From positions 32,001 through 96,000 of the forward strand of contig JBJMOW010000001.1 in assembly GCA_045803545.1 (NCBI GenBank): a stretch of 64,000 bases of DNA. The letters are read 5' to 3'. A model generated the notes under the pieces. It searched no databases. It was not told where the DNA came from and saw only the letters and a list, made by a program, of their open reading frames with translations. The position numbers and the translations under genes were made by a program. How positions within the stretch are numbered: the stretch's first letter is position 1; each line of letters opens with the position of its first letter. Source of the DNA: Gemmatimonadaceae bacterium (GTDB lineage Bacteria > Gemmatimonadota > Gemmatimonadetes > Gemmatimonadales > Gemmatimonadaceae). Shown one piece after another: positions 51,326-61,417 of the stretch.

Positions 51326-52121
51326 GAGCGTAAATCACCGCCAGGACAGCGAGACCGAGTACGACACGATAGAACGCGAATATTCCATAGCTATGACGGC
51401 TGACATACCGCATCAGAATCGAAATCGCCAGCCAGCCGGACACCGCAGACGCCACGATGCCGGCCATCAACTCATTGGTCAGCCCACCCTCGTGCAGAGC
51501 CTTGGGACCTTCGAGCACCACGGCAGCCGCGATGATCGGCATACTCATCAGAAAACTGAACTCCGCCGAGCTCTCGCGATCGAAACGCAGCCCACGCGCG
51601 CTGGTAATCGTCGAGCCCGAGCGCGAAACACCGGGGATCAGCGCGATCACCTGAGACAAACCAACCAGCAGGGCGTCTATCCAGCGCATCTCGCCGAGTA
51701 TTCTGGCTTGATCGACGGCCTTGTCGACGATCCAGAGAATGATGCCCATGACGATCAGGGCGATCGCAATGACCTGCGGCGAGCGAAATGCCGACTCGGC
51801 GCGCGACTGCAGCAGGAATCCGCCAATCGCGCCCGGTATGGTTGCCAGAATCAGATAAATGACGCGCCGTTTCTCCGGCGTCTCGATTCGTCCGGTGCGA
51901 AGGATTCCGAAAGCTGCCTTGATCAGGGCGATCCACTCCATCCTGAAGTACCACAGCACGGCGAGTAGGGTACCGAAATGAAGCGCTACGTCAAACGCCA
52001 GTCCCGGATCGTCCCAGCCGAAAAGCCATGGTGCAAGCGTCAGGTGTGCACTGCTACTAATTGGCAGAAACTCCGACAATCCCTGAATGATGCCGAGTAC
52101 CGCTGCCTGTAGTGGTGTCAT
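51318..52121 (-). CDS. uppP: Undecaprenyl-diphosphatase
   Basis: QGLSEFLPISSSAH, IPGVSRSGSTI. Confidence 0.95.
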   Translation of the reverse strand: MTPLQAAVLGIIQGLSEFLPISSSAHLTLAPWLFGWDDPGLAFDVALHFGTLLAVLWYFRMEWIALIKAAFGILRTGRIETPEKRRVIYLILATIPGAIGGFLLQSRAESAFRSPQVIAIALIVMGIILWIVDKAVDQARILGEMRWIDALLVGLSQVIALIPGVSRSGSTITSARGLRFDRESSAEFSFLMSMPIIAAAVVLEGPKALHEGGLTNELMAGIVASAVSGWLAISILMRYVSRHSYGIFAFYRVVLGLAVLAVIYARG

Positions 52122-53257
52122 GACGTAACTGGTGAGAGTGATTGACGGTACAGCGATTCGTATTTCTCGACGATTGCGTCTCTGGAAAACCGCGCGCGTG
52201 CGTCCGCGGCACCAAGATGGCTCATCTCCGCCCACTTCTTACGATCTGATAGAATCTGGAGCGACGCAGCCGCCATCCCGGCGATGTCCCCAATTTCGCA
52301 AAGAAATCCCGTCTCTCCATCCCTGACTACCTCGGGAAGTCCTCCCGCATCGCTTCCCACAACGGGAACGCCGGACGCGAGGGCTTCAAGCGCACTGAGG
52401 CCGAATGACTCGCTCTGGCTCGGTAGCAAAAAGAGATCGGCTGCGGCGAGCAATGGAGCTATCTGATCGAGCTTTCCGAGAAACGAAACAGACTCCTCGA
52501 CCCCAAGGAGTCGCGCCTCTTCTTCGGCTGCGGGGCGATCGGGGCCATCACCGATCATGACCAGCACGCTTGGCAGCTCCCGATTGACCTCGGCGAAAAT
52601 CCGGACGACATCGCGAACGCGCTTCACCGCACGGAAGTTCGAGACGTGCATCAGAATCGGCCTGGACGATCCAAATTCCTTCTTCAGCAGCGGCGGGTAT
52701 AGCTCGCGGTTGTAAATCGTCGGATCGATGAAGTTGTGGATCACCTCGATGGCAGGACCTTCGCATCCAAAAGCTCGGCAGGTCTCCTCACGCAGGTACT
52801 GAGAGACCGAAGTAATACGATCCGATTTCTCGATCGAGAATTTTGTGATCGGATAGAACGAGGGGTCCTGACCCACGATGGTGATGTCCGTGCCGTGAAG
52901 GGTGGTTACCAGGGTCACGTCGCGATTTGTCTCGCGCAGCATCTCGCGCGCAATCCAGGCGCTGGCTGCGTGCGGAATCGCGTAATGGCAATGGAGCAGC
53001 TCCAGTCCATGGGTCATTACGACTTCGTGCATGCGGACAGCAAGCGCCAGATCGTAGGGCGGGAACTCAAACAGCGGGTAGCGACCGACGTCGACTTCGT
53101 GGAAGAAAATCCGCGGCAGGAATGACGGAAGTCGGAACGGCTGGCGATAAGTGATGAAATGGACTTCGTTGCCGCGCTCGGCCAGCGCTATGCCCAATTC
53201 GGTCGCTACTGCGCCGGATCCGCCGTAGGTCGGATAACAGGTGATGCCAATCTTCAC
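52118..53257 (-). CDS. bshA: N-acetyl-alpha-D-glucosaminyl L-malate synthase
   Basis: MKIGITCYPTYGGSG.VATELG, HYAIPHA, TTLHGTDIT, ESFGL.ALEA. Confidence 0.93.
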   Translation of the reverse strand: MKIGITCYPTYGGSGAVATELGIALAERGNEVHFITYRQPFRLPSFLPRIFFHEVDVGRYPLFEFPPYDLALAVRMHEVVMTHGLELLHCHYAIPHAASAWIAREMLRETNRDVTLVTTLHGTDITIVGQDPSFYPITKFSIEKSDRITSVSQYLREETCRAFGCEGPAIEVIHNFIDPTIYNRELYPPLLKKEFGSSRPILMHVSNFRAVKRVRDVVRIFAEVNRELPSVLVMIGDGPDRPAAEEEARLLGVEESVSFLGKLDQIAPLLAAADLFLLPSQSESFGLSALEALASGVPVVGSDAGGLPEVVRDGETGFLCEIGDIAGMAAASLQILSDRKKWAEMSHLGAADARARFSRDAIVEKYESLYRQSLSPVTS

Positions 53258-54174
53258 TCAGCTCTCTCCCACCACTCTCGTGCAATTGCCGCCGCTCGAG
53301 AGTCGAGTGGATTCAATTTCGTGACGGCGTCTGCCGGCAACTGATGTCTGAACCAGGTACGCTGTCGCTTCGCGTATTGGCGTGTCTCAATAATGATCCG
53401 CTCGCGCGTCGTTGACAAACCGGTTTTGCCCTCGACATGGTCTCGAATCGCGGCATAGCCCGACGCTTTCCAGGCCGGCGCATCAGTCGGCACTCGGGTG
53501 AGCAATCGCTTTACTTCGTCTATCCAGCCGCGATCCAGCATCTGATCGACACGGTGCTCGATCTGCGATGCGAGCCCATCCCCCGGATCAACGACAAGAT
53601 ACGTGGGTTGAACATCGGCAGCGACAGCTGTCGCTGCGTGCACTTCATGGAGCTCACTCATTCGACCGCCGGCGAGCAATGCTGTCTCGATCGACCGCAG
53701 CAGTTGGGTGCGTCCGAGGTGTGCGCGCGAAGGGTCGAGCGCTTCGCACCACCGCCGCAGCTCGTCGACCGATTTCTCAGACAGCTGCGATTCCAATTGC
53801 GATCGTACGACAGGATCCATTGCCGGCGCGTCGAAAAGCGGTTGCACGAGCGCTTTTATGTAAAGGCCGGTGCCCCCCACCACGATGGCGGCTTTATCGA
53901 GCTCGCCCGCGCACTCTATCCACTCGACTGCTTCGCGCGCCCATCGCGCGGCGGAATAACGCTCGCCTGGCTCCGCAACGTCAACACCATAATGAGTCAC
54001 GCGAGTGCATTCATCACGCGTTGGCTTGGCCGTACCGATGTCGAAGTAGCAGTAGACCTGTCGCGAGTCGGCACTGACGATTGCGGCTTCGTACTCTTCC
54101 GCCAGCATCATCGCAACACGTGACTTCCCCGCCCCCGTCGGACCGCAGACGATGCGGAGTTTACCGGCGACCAA
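53254..54174 (-). CDS. miaA: tRNA dimethylallyltransferase
   Basis: GPTGAGKS, ADSRQVY, DIGTAKP, GGTGLY, YAKRQRTWF; TTG start with GGAG RBS. Confidence 0.95.
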   Translation of the reverse strand: MVAGKLRIVCGPTGAGKSRVAMMLAEEYEAAIVSADSRQVYCYFDIGTAKPTRDECTRVTHYGVDVAEPGERYSAARWAREAVEWIECAGELDKAAIVVGGTGLYIKALVQPLFDAPAMDPVVRSQLESQLSEKSVDELRRWCEALDPSRAHLGRTQLLRSIETALLAGGRMSELHEVHAATAVAADVQPTYLVVDPGDGLASQIEHRVDQMLDRGWIDEVKRLLTRVPTDAPAWKASGYAAIRDHVEGKTGLSTTRERIIIETRQYAKRQRTWFRHQLPADAVTKLNPLDSRAAAIAREWWERAE

Positions 54175-55909
54175 AGCGACGCTCCACTTCGTCCCATGTG
54201 AGATGCACGATAGTCGAGCGACCATGAACGTCGTGCGCGGGAAGTGTGGTATCACGCAGGGCGGCGAATAACGATCGCATCTCGCTCTGCGACAGCTCGT
54301 CGCCGCCCTTGATTGCCGCTTTGCACGCGACGGTTGCGGCGAGTCGCTCGTGGCGAGCCGCGGTTCCGGCGATTCGGTCTCCGGTGAGAGCGTCGAGCGA
54401 TTCGCGCAGGCATCGCTCGGCGTCGAACCGGGGATGCGGCATTGGCACCGTGTTAACGATCAAGGTATGGCCGCCAAAACCCTCGATCTCGAATCCGATG
54501 CGCTCGAGGTACTCGCGATTCGACTCGAACGCGTCAGCCTCGGCGGGACCGAGGTGCAGCGTGAGCGGGAGTAAGAGTCGCTGGGCGGATGAGGACCCGG
54601 TTTCGAGCGTGCGCATGAACTGCTCGTAGAGCACGCGCTCGTGGGCAGAATGCTGATCGATCAGAACCAGACCCTGCTCATGCTCAAACACGATGTAGGT
54701 GCGCCGCAACTGAAAAAGCGGCGGAACTACCTGAGGTGTTGGAGGTGCCTCGAGCTCGGCCACAGCCTCTGCGGATTGAATCTCAGCGGGCTCTGCGGCT
54801 AGTGTGAAGAGCGGCCCATCCTCCATCGGCCCCGGACGAAGAATTTCGCTGCCGGGACTTTGGTAGGGTGCGACAGGTGTGAACCCGAAGTTGCTGCCAC
54901 GCCAGCCAAACGATTGGGCGCTGTCAAGTGTGCCCAGCGCACGGCGCACTGCTGTCTCCACCGCGCGTTCGACCGTCCACCGATCGCGAAACCGAACCTC
55001 TGCTTTCGCCGGATGAACGTTCACATCCACGGCATCGGCAGGGAGAGTCACATTGAGGAAAAATGATGGACGAACACCGGCCACAATCGTCGAGCGATAC
55101 GCGGCTTCGACAGCGCGGCCAATGCCGCCGTCGCGAACCGCCCGCCCGTTCACGGAAAGAAAGACGCGACGGGTGGAAGTGCCGACGTCGGCCGGACGTT
55201 GCACGAGTCCGCTGGTGTGAATTGGTCCAGCAACGTCGTCGACATCCACAAGGTCTTCTGCGTATCGCCCACCCCAGATCGCGCCGAGGCGCGAGCGCAC
55301 GCTGCTCACCGGCGGCAGCGTCAGCGCCGAGCGTCCGTCGTGTGAGAGTTGAATCCGCAGAGAGGGCTGGGTCAGCGCCAGCGCGGTGAGTGCGTCGACT
55401 GAGCTTCTCCACTCCGATCGCGCGCTGCGCAGGAACTTCAGTCGCGCCGGCACGTTGTAGAACAGCTGTCCAACTTTTACGGTTGTCCCGCGCTGCCGTG
55501 CGATCCGCTCCGGAGGCGAAGGCCGACCGCCGCTGACACGCATCCGGGTACCTTCCCCATCCTCAGTCGCCGTTTCTATTTCGAGATGGGAGACGGATGC
55601 AATCGCCGGGAGCGCTTCACCGCGAAATCCGAAGGTCGGCACACCTACGAGGTCGGCGGCAGCGCGAATCTTCGAAGTACCGTGGCGGGCCAATGCCACC
55701 GGCACTTCCTCCGAGGTAATCCCGCTGCCGTCGTCACTCACGCGAATGGTTTTGCGGCCTCCATCTTCCAGCGCGATGTCGATGATGCCCGCGCCCGCAT
55801 CGATCGCGTTTTCGACGAGCTCTTTCACTACCGACGAAGGCCGCTCGACGACTTCGCCGGCAGCAATCTGATCGGCGACCGAGCTGGGGAGAATCGAGAT
55901 TACGGGCAT
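54161..55909 (-). CDS. mutL: DNA mismatch repair endonuclease MutL
   Basis: QIAAGEVVERP, GFRGEAL, DVNVHPAK, DQHSAHERVLYE, ACKAAIK, HGR. Confidence 0.96.
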   Translation of the reverse strand: MPVISILPSSVADQIAAGEVVERPSSVVKELVENAIDAGAGIIDIALEDGGRKTIRVSDDGSGITSEEVPVALARHGTSKIRAAADLVGVPTFGFRGEALPAIASVSHLEIETATEDGEGTRMRVSGGRPSPPERIARQRGTTVKVGQLFYNVPARLKFLRSARSEWRSSVDALTALALTQPSLRIQLSHDGRSALTLPPVSSVRSRLGAIWGGRYAEDLVDVDDVAGPIHTSGLVQRPADVGTSTRRVFLSVNGRAVRDGGIGRAVEAAYRSTIVAGVRPSFFLNVTLPADAVDVNVHPAKAEVRFRDRWTVERAVETAVRRALGTLDSAQSFGWRGSNFGFTPVAPYQSPGSEILRPGPMEDGPLFTLAAEPAEIQSAEAVAELEAPPTPQVVPPLFQLRRTYIVFEHEQGLVLIDQHSAHERVLYEQFMRTLETGSSSAQRLLLPLTLHLGPAEADAFESNREYLERIGFEIEGFGGHTLIVNTVPMPHPRFDAERCLRESLDALTGDRIAGTAARHERLAATVACKAAIKGGDELSQSEMRSLFAALRDTTLPAHDVHGRSTIVHLTWDEVERRFGRR

Positions 55910-55922
55910 CGCAACAGCGAAG

Positions 55923-57557
55923 CTACCAATCCTTGCCCCTCGGCGGAGCGGGGACATTTTTTTTCTGATGCTGCCCCTGGACGTCGGTCTCCTTGTCCTC
56001 CGCCGCATTGAGCACAGCTTCGGCCTGCTGGGGCGTCATGCCCGGCACCGGTTTAGGAGCTTGCGACTGAATCGGACTAGGCGCCGGATTCGGACTCTGA
56101 CTCTTACCACCGCCGCCACCACCTCCACCGCCTCCTCCACCACCGCCGCCTCCGCCGCCCCCACCTCCCTTTTTCTGACGAAGGGCAAGCTCGTAGTTCC
56201 ACCGCGCATCCGAGTCAGCAACGGCAACCTCGAGGATTTGTTTGTAGCGGAAGAGCGCGCTATCGAGCTTTGCATCCGAAGAATCTTTGGAGCGCCGTCC
56301 CTGCACCAGGTAATCGAGACCGAGGTTGAATCGCGCGTGATGCCTCGCCTCCAAATCTCTGGTCTCCGAAGCCTTCGTGAGCGGTGGAATCGCCTGCTGT
56401 AACGAGTCGCGCCGCAGCTGCCGGGTTCCCGCGTTGTACAACGCGATCGCTGCCTTGTCGCGTGGCGCGCTACGACACGAGATAGTCAGCATGAGCATTG
56501 TCGCAGTGGCCGCAGCAGCGGCGATTGCGCGGCGTCGCCGACGCTTCGTTTGGAGAAACGTATCGAGAGCCAGCAACAAGAGCGCGGCGAGCAGGAACCA
56601 TTGATACTGGACTCCGAGGTTCTCTCCGGACACCACCGAGCGCGGGTTGGCGTGCAGATTGTTGAGCGCGAGCCGCATCCGTCCTGCCTTGTCGGCCGTC
56701 GCCGCATCAATGAAGACCCCACCGGACTGTGCCGCGATGTCCCTAAGCAGTGTTGGGTCGTAGTGCGACACCACGACATTGCCATTCTCATCACGCTTTT
56801 GCGTGACGACGCGATTCTCGATTACCGGAATCGTGGATCCCTGTTGCGTTCCAAAGCCAACCGTGATGACGGTGAAGCCCATTTGACGGGCCCGCTGCGC
56901 TTCACTCAGCACTTCCTCGGGATTGTCGAAACCCTCGCCGTCGCTCATCAGAACGATGGCCTTGTCACCCTGAGACCTGTTGAGCGCGAGCAGGTTGGTT
57001 GCCTGACGAAGCGCACTCGCCAGCGAGCTGCCTCCTTGTCCAACAATTGACGGATCGAGATTCTGGAGATAAAGGTCGAGCGCACTTTGATCGACGGTGA
57101 GCGGCGTTAGGATGTAGCTGCGACCGGCAAAGGCGAGAAGCGCGAACCGATCGCCAGGCGAGAGATCGCGCAACCGGTTGATCTCTTGTTTCATCGCCTG
57201 CAGCCGGCTGGGTCGCTCGTCGGTCGCCAGCATTGATAGTGAAGCGTCGAGCGCAAGTACGACATCTACTCCCTGCTGTTTGACTACTGTCTGTTCGAGA
57301 CCCCATCGCGGTCCGGCAACGGCCGCCGCGAGCAAGCAGGTAGCGAGGCCCGAGCGAAGAATTGCGGACGACGTTCGTTGCTGTGCGATCGACGGCGCCA
57401 GGCGCGCGATCATCGATGGAGTGCCAAGGCGGGCGAGGCGCTCCCGCCGCGCGCGAATTCCCCACCGCACCAGCCACGCAGTAACAACTGGCAGCACAAC
57501 GAGGAGTGGTAGTGCCCACGGCCACTGCACATAGCGGAGATAGTATGTGTAGGTCAT
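55923..57557 (-). CDS. VWA-domain membrane protein with a TPR-like C-terminus (BatB/BatC-like fusion)
   Basis: MIDAS DASLSM, PLTVD, SDGE; C-terminal YNAG, FNLG and ARWNYELAL, poly-Gly, ending KDW. Confidence 0.82.
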   Translation of the reverse strand: MTYTYYLRYVQWPWALPLLVVLPVVTAWLVRWGIRARRERLARLGTPSMIARLAPSIAQQRTSSAILRSGLATCLLAAAVAGPRWGLEQTVVKQQGVDVVLALDASLSMLATDERPSRLQAMKQEINRLRDLSPGDRFALLAFAGRSYILTPLTVDQSALDLYLQNLDPSIVGQGGSSLASALRQATNLLALNRSQGDKAIVLMSDGEGFDNPEEVLSEAQRARQMGFTVITVGFGTQQGSTIPVIENRVVTQKRDENGNVVVSHYDPTLLRDIAAQSGGVFIDAATADKAGRMRLALNNLHANPRSVVSGENLGVQYQWFLLAALLLLALDTFLQTKRRRRRAIAAAAATATMLMLTISCRSAPRDKAAIALYNAGTRQLRRDSLQQAIPPLTKASETRDLEARHHARFNLGLDYLVQGRRSKDSSDAKLDSALFRYKQILEVAVADSDARWNYELALRQKKGGGGGGGGGGGGGGGGGGGGGKSQSPNPAPSPIQSQAPKPVPGMTPQQAEAVLNAAEDKETDVQGQHQKKNVPAPPRGKDW

Positions 57558-58549
57558 GGTAGCGGCGCCTTCCACGCGACGAGCGCGAGCTCTCCGAACA
57601 GCAACAGCAGTCCGATGGTGAGCGGCCACCGATACAGCTCACGGTACCGCACGGTCGTCGTCGTGTGCACCGGTGCCCGCTCCATCTGATCGATGTAGGA
57701 GTAGATGTTCTGCAGCGCAGCTGCATCGCGAGCGCGGAAATAGCGGCCACCAGTCATGCGCGCAACGTTGCTCAATAGCGCCTCGTCGATCTCCACAGGC
57801 TGGTATTCGTAGCGCAGTCCGCCGTTCGCATTGCGGCCCACCGGTACGGGCGCCATGCCGACGCTTCCAACGCCAATTCCGTAAACCTTGATGCCGTAGG
57901 CTTCCGCGGCTTTCGCCGCGACCAGCGGCTCGATCGAGCCGCGATTGTTGACGCCATCGGTAAGGAGAATCAGCACGCGTGATTTGCCAGGTGCGTCACG
58001 CAGCCGGTTCGCGGCCGTTGCGATCGCGTTTCCAATCGCGGTGCCGTCCTCGAGCTGACCAGCCTGAAGATTCGACACAGCCTGCAGCACAACCGGGTAG
58101 TCAGTGGTTAGCGGTACCTGAGTCAGCGCTTCTCCCGCGAACGCGACCACCCCGATCCGATCTGAAGTCCGGCGGTTGATGAATTGCTTCACCTTTGCCT
58201 TCGCGACTTCGATGCGATTGTTCGGACGAAAATCGAGTGCGAGCATCGAGCTCGAGAGATCAATCGCCAGCACGATGTTGATTCCTTCGCTCGTCTGGGT
58301 CTCGGTATGCGCGCCAGAGCGTGGCCGCGCGAGAGCGACGATCAAAAAGAACAACGCGAGATTCCGCAGGAGGAAGATCGCGCGCGGGATCCAGCCACCA
58401 GTGCGGGGGCCGGATGCCAACACCGAAGTCCTGGAGAACACGATCGCGTCTTTGCGACGAAAGCGTCTCCACAGCCACCACGCCGGAAGGAGCACGAGCA
58501 GCCAAAGCGCCTCCGGAGTAAAGAACTCGAAAAGGCCGAAGACACTCAC
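57554..58549 (-). CDS. VWA-domain protein (BatA-like)
   Basis: ALARP, DLSSSM, PLTTD, GTAIG, LLTDGVNN, TGGRYFRA. Confidence 0.9.
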   Translation of the reverse strand: MSVFGLFEFFTPEALWLLVLLPAWWLWRRFRRKDAIVFSRTSVLASGPRTGGWIPRAIFLLRNLALFFLIVALARPRSGAHTETQTSEGINIVLAIDLSSSMLALDFRPNNRIEVAKAKVKQFINRRTSDRIGVVAFAGEALTQVPLTTDYPVVLQAVSNLQAGQLEDGTAIGNAIATAANRLRDAPGKSRVLILLTDGVNNRGSIEPLVAAKAAEAYGIKVYGIGVGSVGMAPVPVGRNANGGLRYEYQPVEIDEALLSNVARMTGGRYFRARDAAALQNIYSYIDQMERAPVHTTTTVRYRELYRWPLTIGLLLLFGELALVAWKAPLP

Positions 58550-59499
58550 GCTGCCTTCTCCTTCGTCGCGTTCAAGCGCTTCGCCGGCTCTGAGTCGGGC
58601 TTCACGCGAGCCTCGACGTGGTCGACGATCTCCCTTGCGAGGGTTCCAGTGCGTCCAGCTTCATCCCGATTGACGCTTGCGCGCGCGAATTTCACCATGT
58701 CGGCCTGCTCGAGAATCCCCGGCAGTTCAGTTTCCACGCCGGCGCTCGGTCGCATCGAGTGCACCAGCTCGGTCGTCGTGTTCGACCGACGAACTCCCGG
58801 AACTCTGGCCGCGAGATACTCGCGGACGACGTCCACCATCGCGGCGACGTAATCCTCGGCTTCGCCTTTATCGAGGAGCTTCCGCGCCTCAATGCGCGCG
58901 AATTCCTGTTGCGCGCGGACATAAGGGTCGATCGGCGGCCGAGGACGGTTCCGCCACCTGCGCCATACCCACCATAGCAACACCAACGCAATTGCCGCCG
59001 CAAGCAGGCCACCCCACAACAGCCAGTTGAACACAGGCAGGATGATCAGCGGCCGCGGCGGCTTCGGAATTCGCAACGAGGTGTCTGCTGGCAGCACCGA
59101 CTTCACAAAAACTGTCGCATCTGCGAGCGGCACGAGCCGTTCCTGACCCCCGTAGGTCACGCGCACATCGGGGAATCTCAACGACTGTGTCCCGATGTCC
59201 CACGCTACAAGATGGTAGAGCGCGACCGCCGTGTCGCCGAGCATCGACACGAGTTTCTCGCCACCCAGTTCGATCGGTCGGATACCGTTTTGGGCGGTGG
59301 TGTCAGGCCCGAGTGGGAAGTCGAACCGCACACCCTTCGGCGCGAGAACCTTGATGAACAGGTCGAATTGCTGCGCGATCAGGACGGTGTCTGGCTTGAC
59401 ACGATAGCCCATCTGCACCGGCAGCTGATTCAGGTTTGCCGACGGCTGGATCGTCGTGACTGTCTGCTGCAACAGCAGCGCAAGCGCGATCAGATTCAC
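58546..59499 (-). CDS. Hypothetical single-TM protein of the MoxR/Bat cluster
   Basis: Exported N-terminus, TM helix, TTTEL and ADMVKFAR motifs. Confidence 0.72.
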   Translation of the reverse strand: MNLIALALLLQQTVTTIQPSANLNQLPVQMGYRVKPDTVLIAQQFDLFIKVLAPKGVRFDFPLGPDTTAQNGIRPIELGGEKLVSMLGDTAVALYHLVAWDIGTQSLRFPDVRVTYGGQERLVPLADATVFVKSVLPADTSLRIPKPPRPLIILPVFNWLLWGGLLAAAIALVLLWWVWRRWRNRPRPPIDPYVRAQQEFARIEARKLLDKGEAEDYVAAMVDVVREYLAARVPGVRRSNTTTELVHSMRPSAGVETELPGILEQADMVKFARASVNRDEAGRTGTLAREIVDHVEARVKPDSEPAKRLNATKEKAA

Positions 59500-60446
59500 C
59501 GCCGCAGCCTCGTCTCGCGTTGGCGAAAGAACCGGAGCAACGGCTCGACGACCCCGCCTTCGGTATGAACCGCCACCTCGTCGATGGCGAGCCGGCGGAG
59601 CAGATGCTTCCTCTCCTCGCGCTCGGCGGTAACGCGCTGCGAATACATCTCGCGTACCGTGTTGCTGCTGGTATCGACTTCGACCGTCTCGCCGGTCTCC
59701 GGATCGAGCAGCCGGGCAATGCCAATGTCGGGAAGATTGCGCTCGCTGGGATCGTCGACCGTCACCGCGACAACATCGTGTCGCTGGGCGAGCAGCTTGA
59801 GGGGATGCGAGATGTCCTCCTCGAGAAAATCAGAAACGATGAAGACAATCGCGTGCTCGTTCAGCATTCGGGCGACGTAGTCGATGGCACGGACCATGTC
59901 CGTGCCTTTGCCGACCGGCTCGAACGCTAAAATGTCGCGGATGATGCGCAAAACGTGACGGCGGCCTTTACGCGGAGGAATGACGTGTTCGATGCGGTCG
60001 GTGAACAGCAACACGCCCACACGATCGTTGTTGCGCACTGCCGACATCGCCAGTACCGCCGCCAACTCACTGGCCAGCTCGCTCTTGAACCGATTGACAG
60101 TCCCGAAGCGCTCGGAACCCGAGAGATCGACGACGAGCATCACCGTCAGCTCGCGCTCTTCGATGTAGCGCTTGACGAATGGCCGTCGCATGCGCGCGGT
60201 GACGTTCCAGTCGATCGACCGAACTTCGTCACCCGGCTGATACTCACGCACCTCGGAGAACTCCATTCCCTGCCCCTTGAACACGGAGCGGTATTCCCCG
60301 GTGAAAACAGAGTTGACCAGGCCGCGGGTCCGCAGCTCGATCAGCTTGACCTGACGCAGGATCTCCGGCGGCACCCCCATCGGTCTTTCTGGGGTGCGCT
60401 TCGGAGCCTCCTTGCGCTTGCGACGCCGCTTGAAGATCCCGATCAC
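59496..60446 (-). CDS. DUF58 family protein
   Basis: GEYRSVFKGQGMEFSEVREYQPGDEVRSIDWNVTAR. Confidence 0.92.
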   Translation of the reverse strand: MIGIFKRRRKRKEAPKRTPERPMGVPPEILRQVKLIELRTRGLVNSVFTGEYRSVFKGQGMEFSEVREYQPGDEVRSIDWNVTARMRRPFVKRYIEERELTVMLVVDLSGSERFGTVNRFKSELASELAAVLAMSAVRNNDRVGVLLFTDRIEHVIPPRKGRRHVLRIIRDILAFEPVGKGTDMVRAIDYVARMLNEHAIVFIVSDFLEEDISHPLKLLAQRHDVVAVTVDDPSERNLPDIGIARLLDPETGETVEVDTSSNTVREMYSQRVTAEREERKHLLRRLAIDEVAVHTEGGVVEPLLRFFRQRETRLRR

Positions 60447-61417
60447 GGAACCGGAATCGCCCCCAGTATCCGGCCGACGATCTCGTCGCTGGTGACTTCT
60501 TCGGCTTCGGCTTCGTAGGTGCGGAGCACGCGATGGCGAAGGACGTCGGGTGCGATCGCCTTGACATCGTCAGGCGTCACGAACGCGCGGCCGCGGAGGA
60601 ATGCGTGTGCGCGTGAGCCCTGCGCCAGCGACAAGGTCGCGCGTGGGCTGGCGCCGAACTCGATCAACGGCTTGAGCTCGGCGAGACCCGCCTGGTCGGG
60701 GTTGCGTGTGGCATGGACGATCTCGACGATGTAGTCCACCACTCGCTCGTCGATGTACAACTCGGCGATATGGCGGCGCATATCGAGGATCTGCTTCGGC
60801 GACGCGACCCGTTCGACGGGGATTGGCTCGCCGCTCGCCATGCGGCGCAGCACTTCCTTCTCTTCCTCGCGCGACGGGTAACCAACGTGCAGTTTGAGCA
60901 TGAACCGATCGACCTGCGCCTCGGGTAGCGGGTACGTTCCCTCCTGCTCGATCGGGTTCTGGGTCGCCAGAACAAGGAACGGCTCCTCGAGAATATGAGT
61001 CGTGCCGCCGATGGTAACCTGCTTTTCCTGCATCGCCTCGAGCAGAGCGGCCTGGACCTTGGCAGGCGCGCGATTGATTTCGTCGGCGAGAATGATGTTC
61101 GCGAAGATCGGTCCCTTCTTCACCGAGAACCGCCCGTTCGACTGATCGTAGATCTGCGTGCCGACGACGTCGGCGGGCAGCAGATCGGGCGTGAACTGAA
61201 TGCGGCTGAACGATGTATTGATCGTCTCGGCCAGCGTACGGACGGTGAGGGTCTTGGCAAGTCCGGGCACGCCTTCGAGGAGAACGTGACCGCCGGTAAG
61301 CAGGCTTATAAGGAGCCGCTCGACCATGTAGTCCTGACCGACGATACGACGACCGACCTGATGAACGACCTCGTTAACTATCGATGCATCAGCCGCGATA
61401 ACCGTTTGTGCGCTCAC
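60443..61417 (-). CDS. moxR: MoxR family AAA+ ATPase
   Basis: GVPGLAKT, RIQFTPDLLPAD, DEINRA, ATQNPIEQEGTYPLPEAQVDRF; GTG start. Confidence 0.94.
   Translation of the reverse strand: MSAQTVIAADASIVNEVVHQVGRRIVGQDYMVERLLISLLTGGHVLLEGVPGLAKTLTVRTLAETINTSFSRIQFTPDLLPADVVGTQIYDQSNGRFSVKKGPIFANIILADEINRAPAKVQAALLEAMQEKQVTIGGTTHILEEPFLVLATQNPIEQEGTYPLPEAQVDRFMLKLHVGYPSREEEKEVLRRMASGEPIPVERVASPKQILDMRRHIAELYIDERVVDYIVEIVHATRNPDQAGLAELKPLIEFGASPRATLSLAQGSRAHAFLRGRAFVTPDDVKAIAPDVLRHRVLRTYEAEAEEVTSDEIVGRILGAIPVP

Noticed and set aside
50505..51968. 487-aa + strand ORF across birA and uppP
   Set aside because: Ser/Arg-rich shadow over two clear minus-strand genes.
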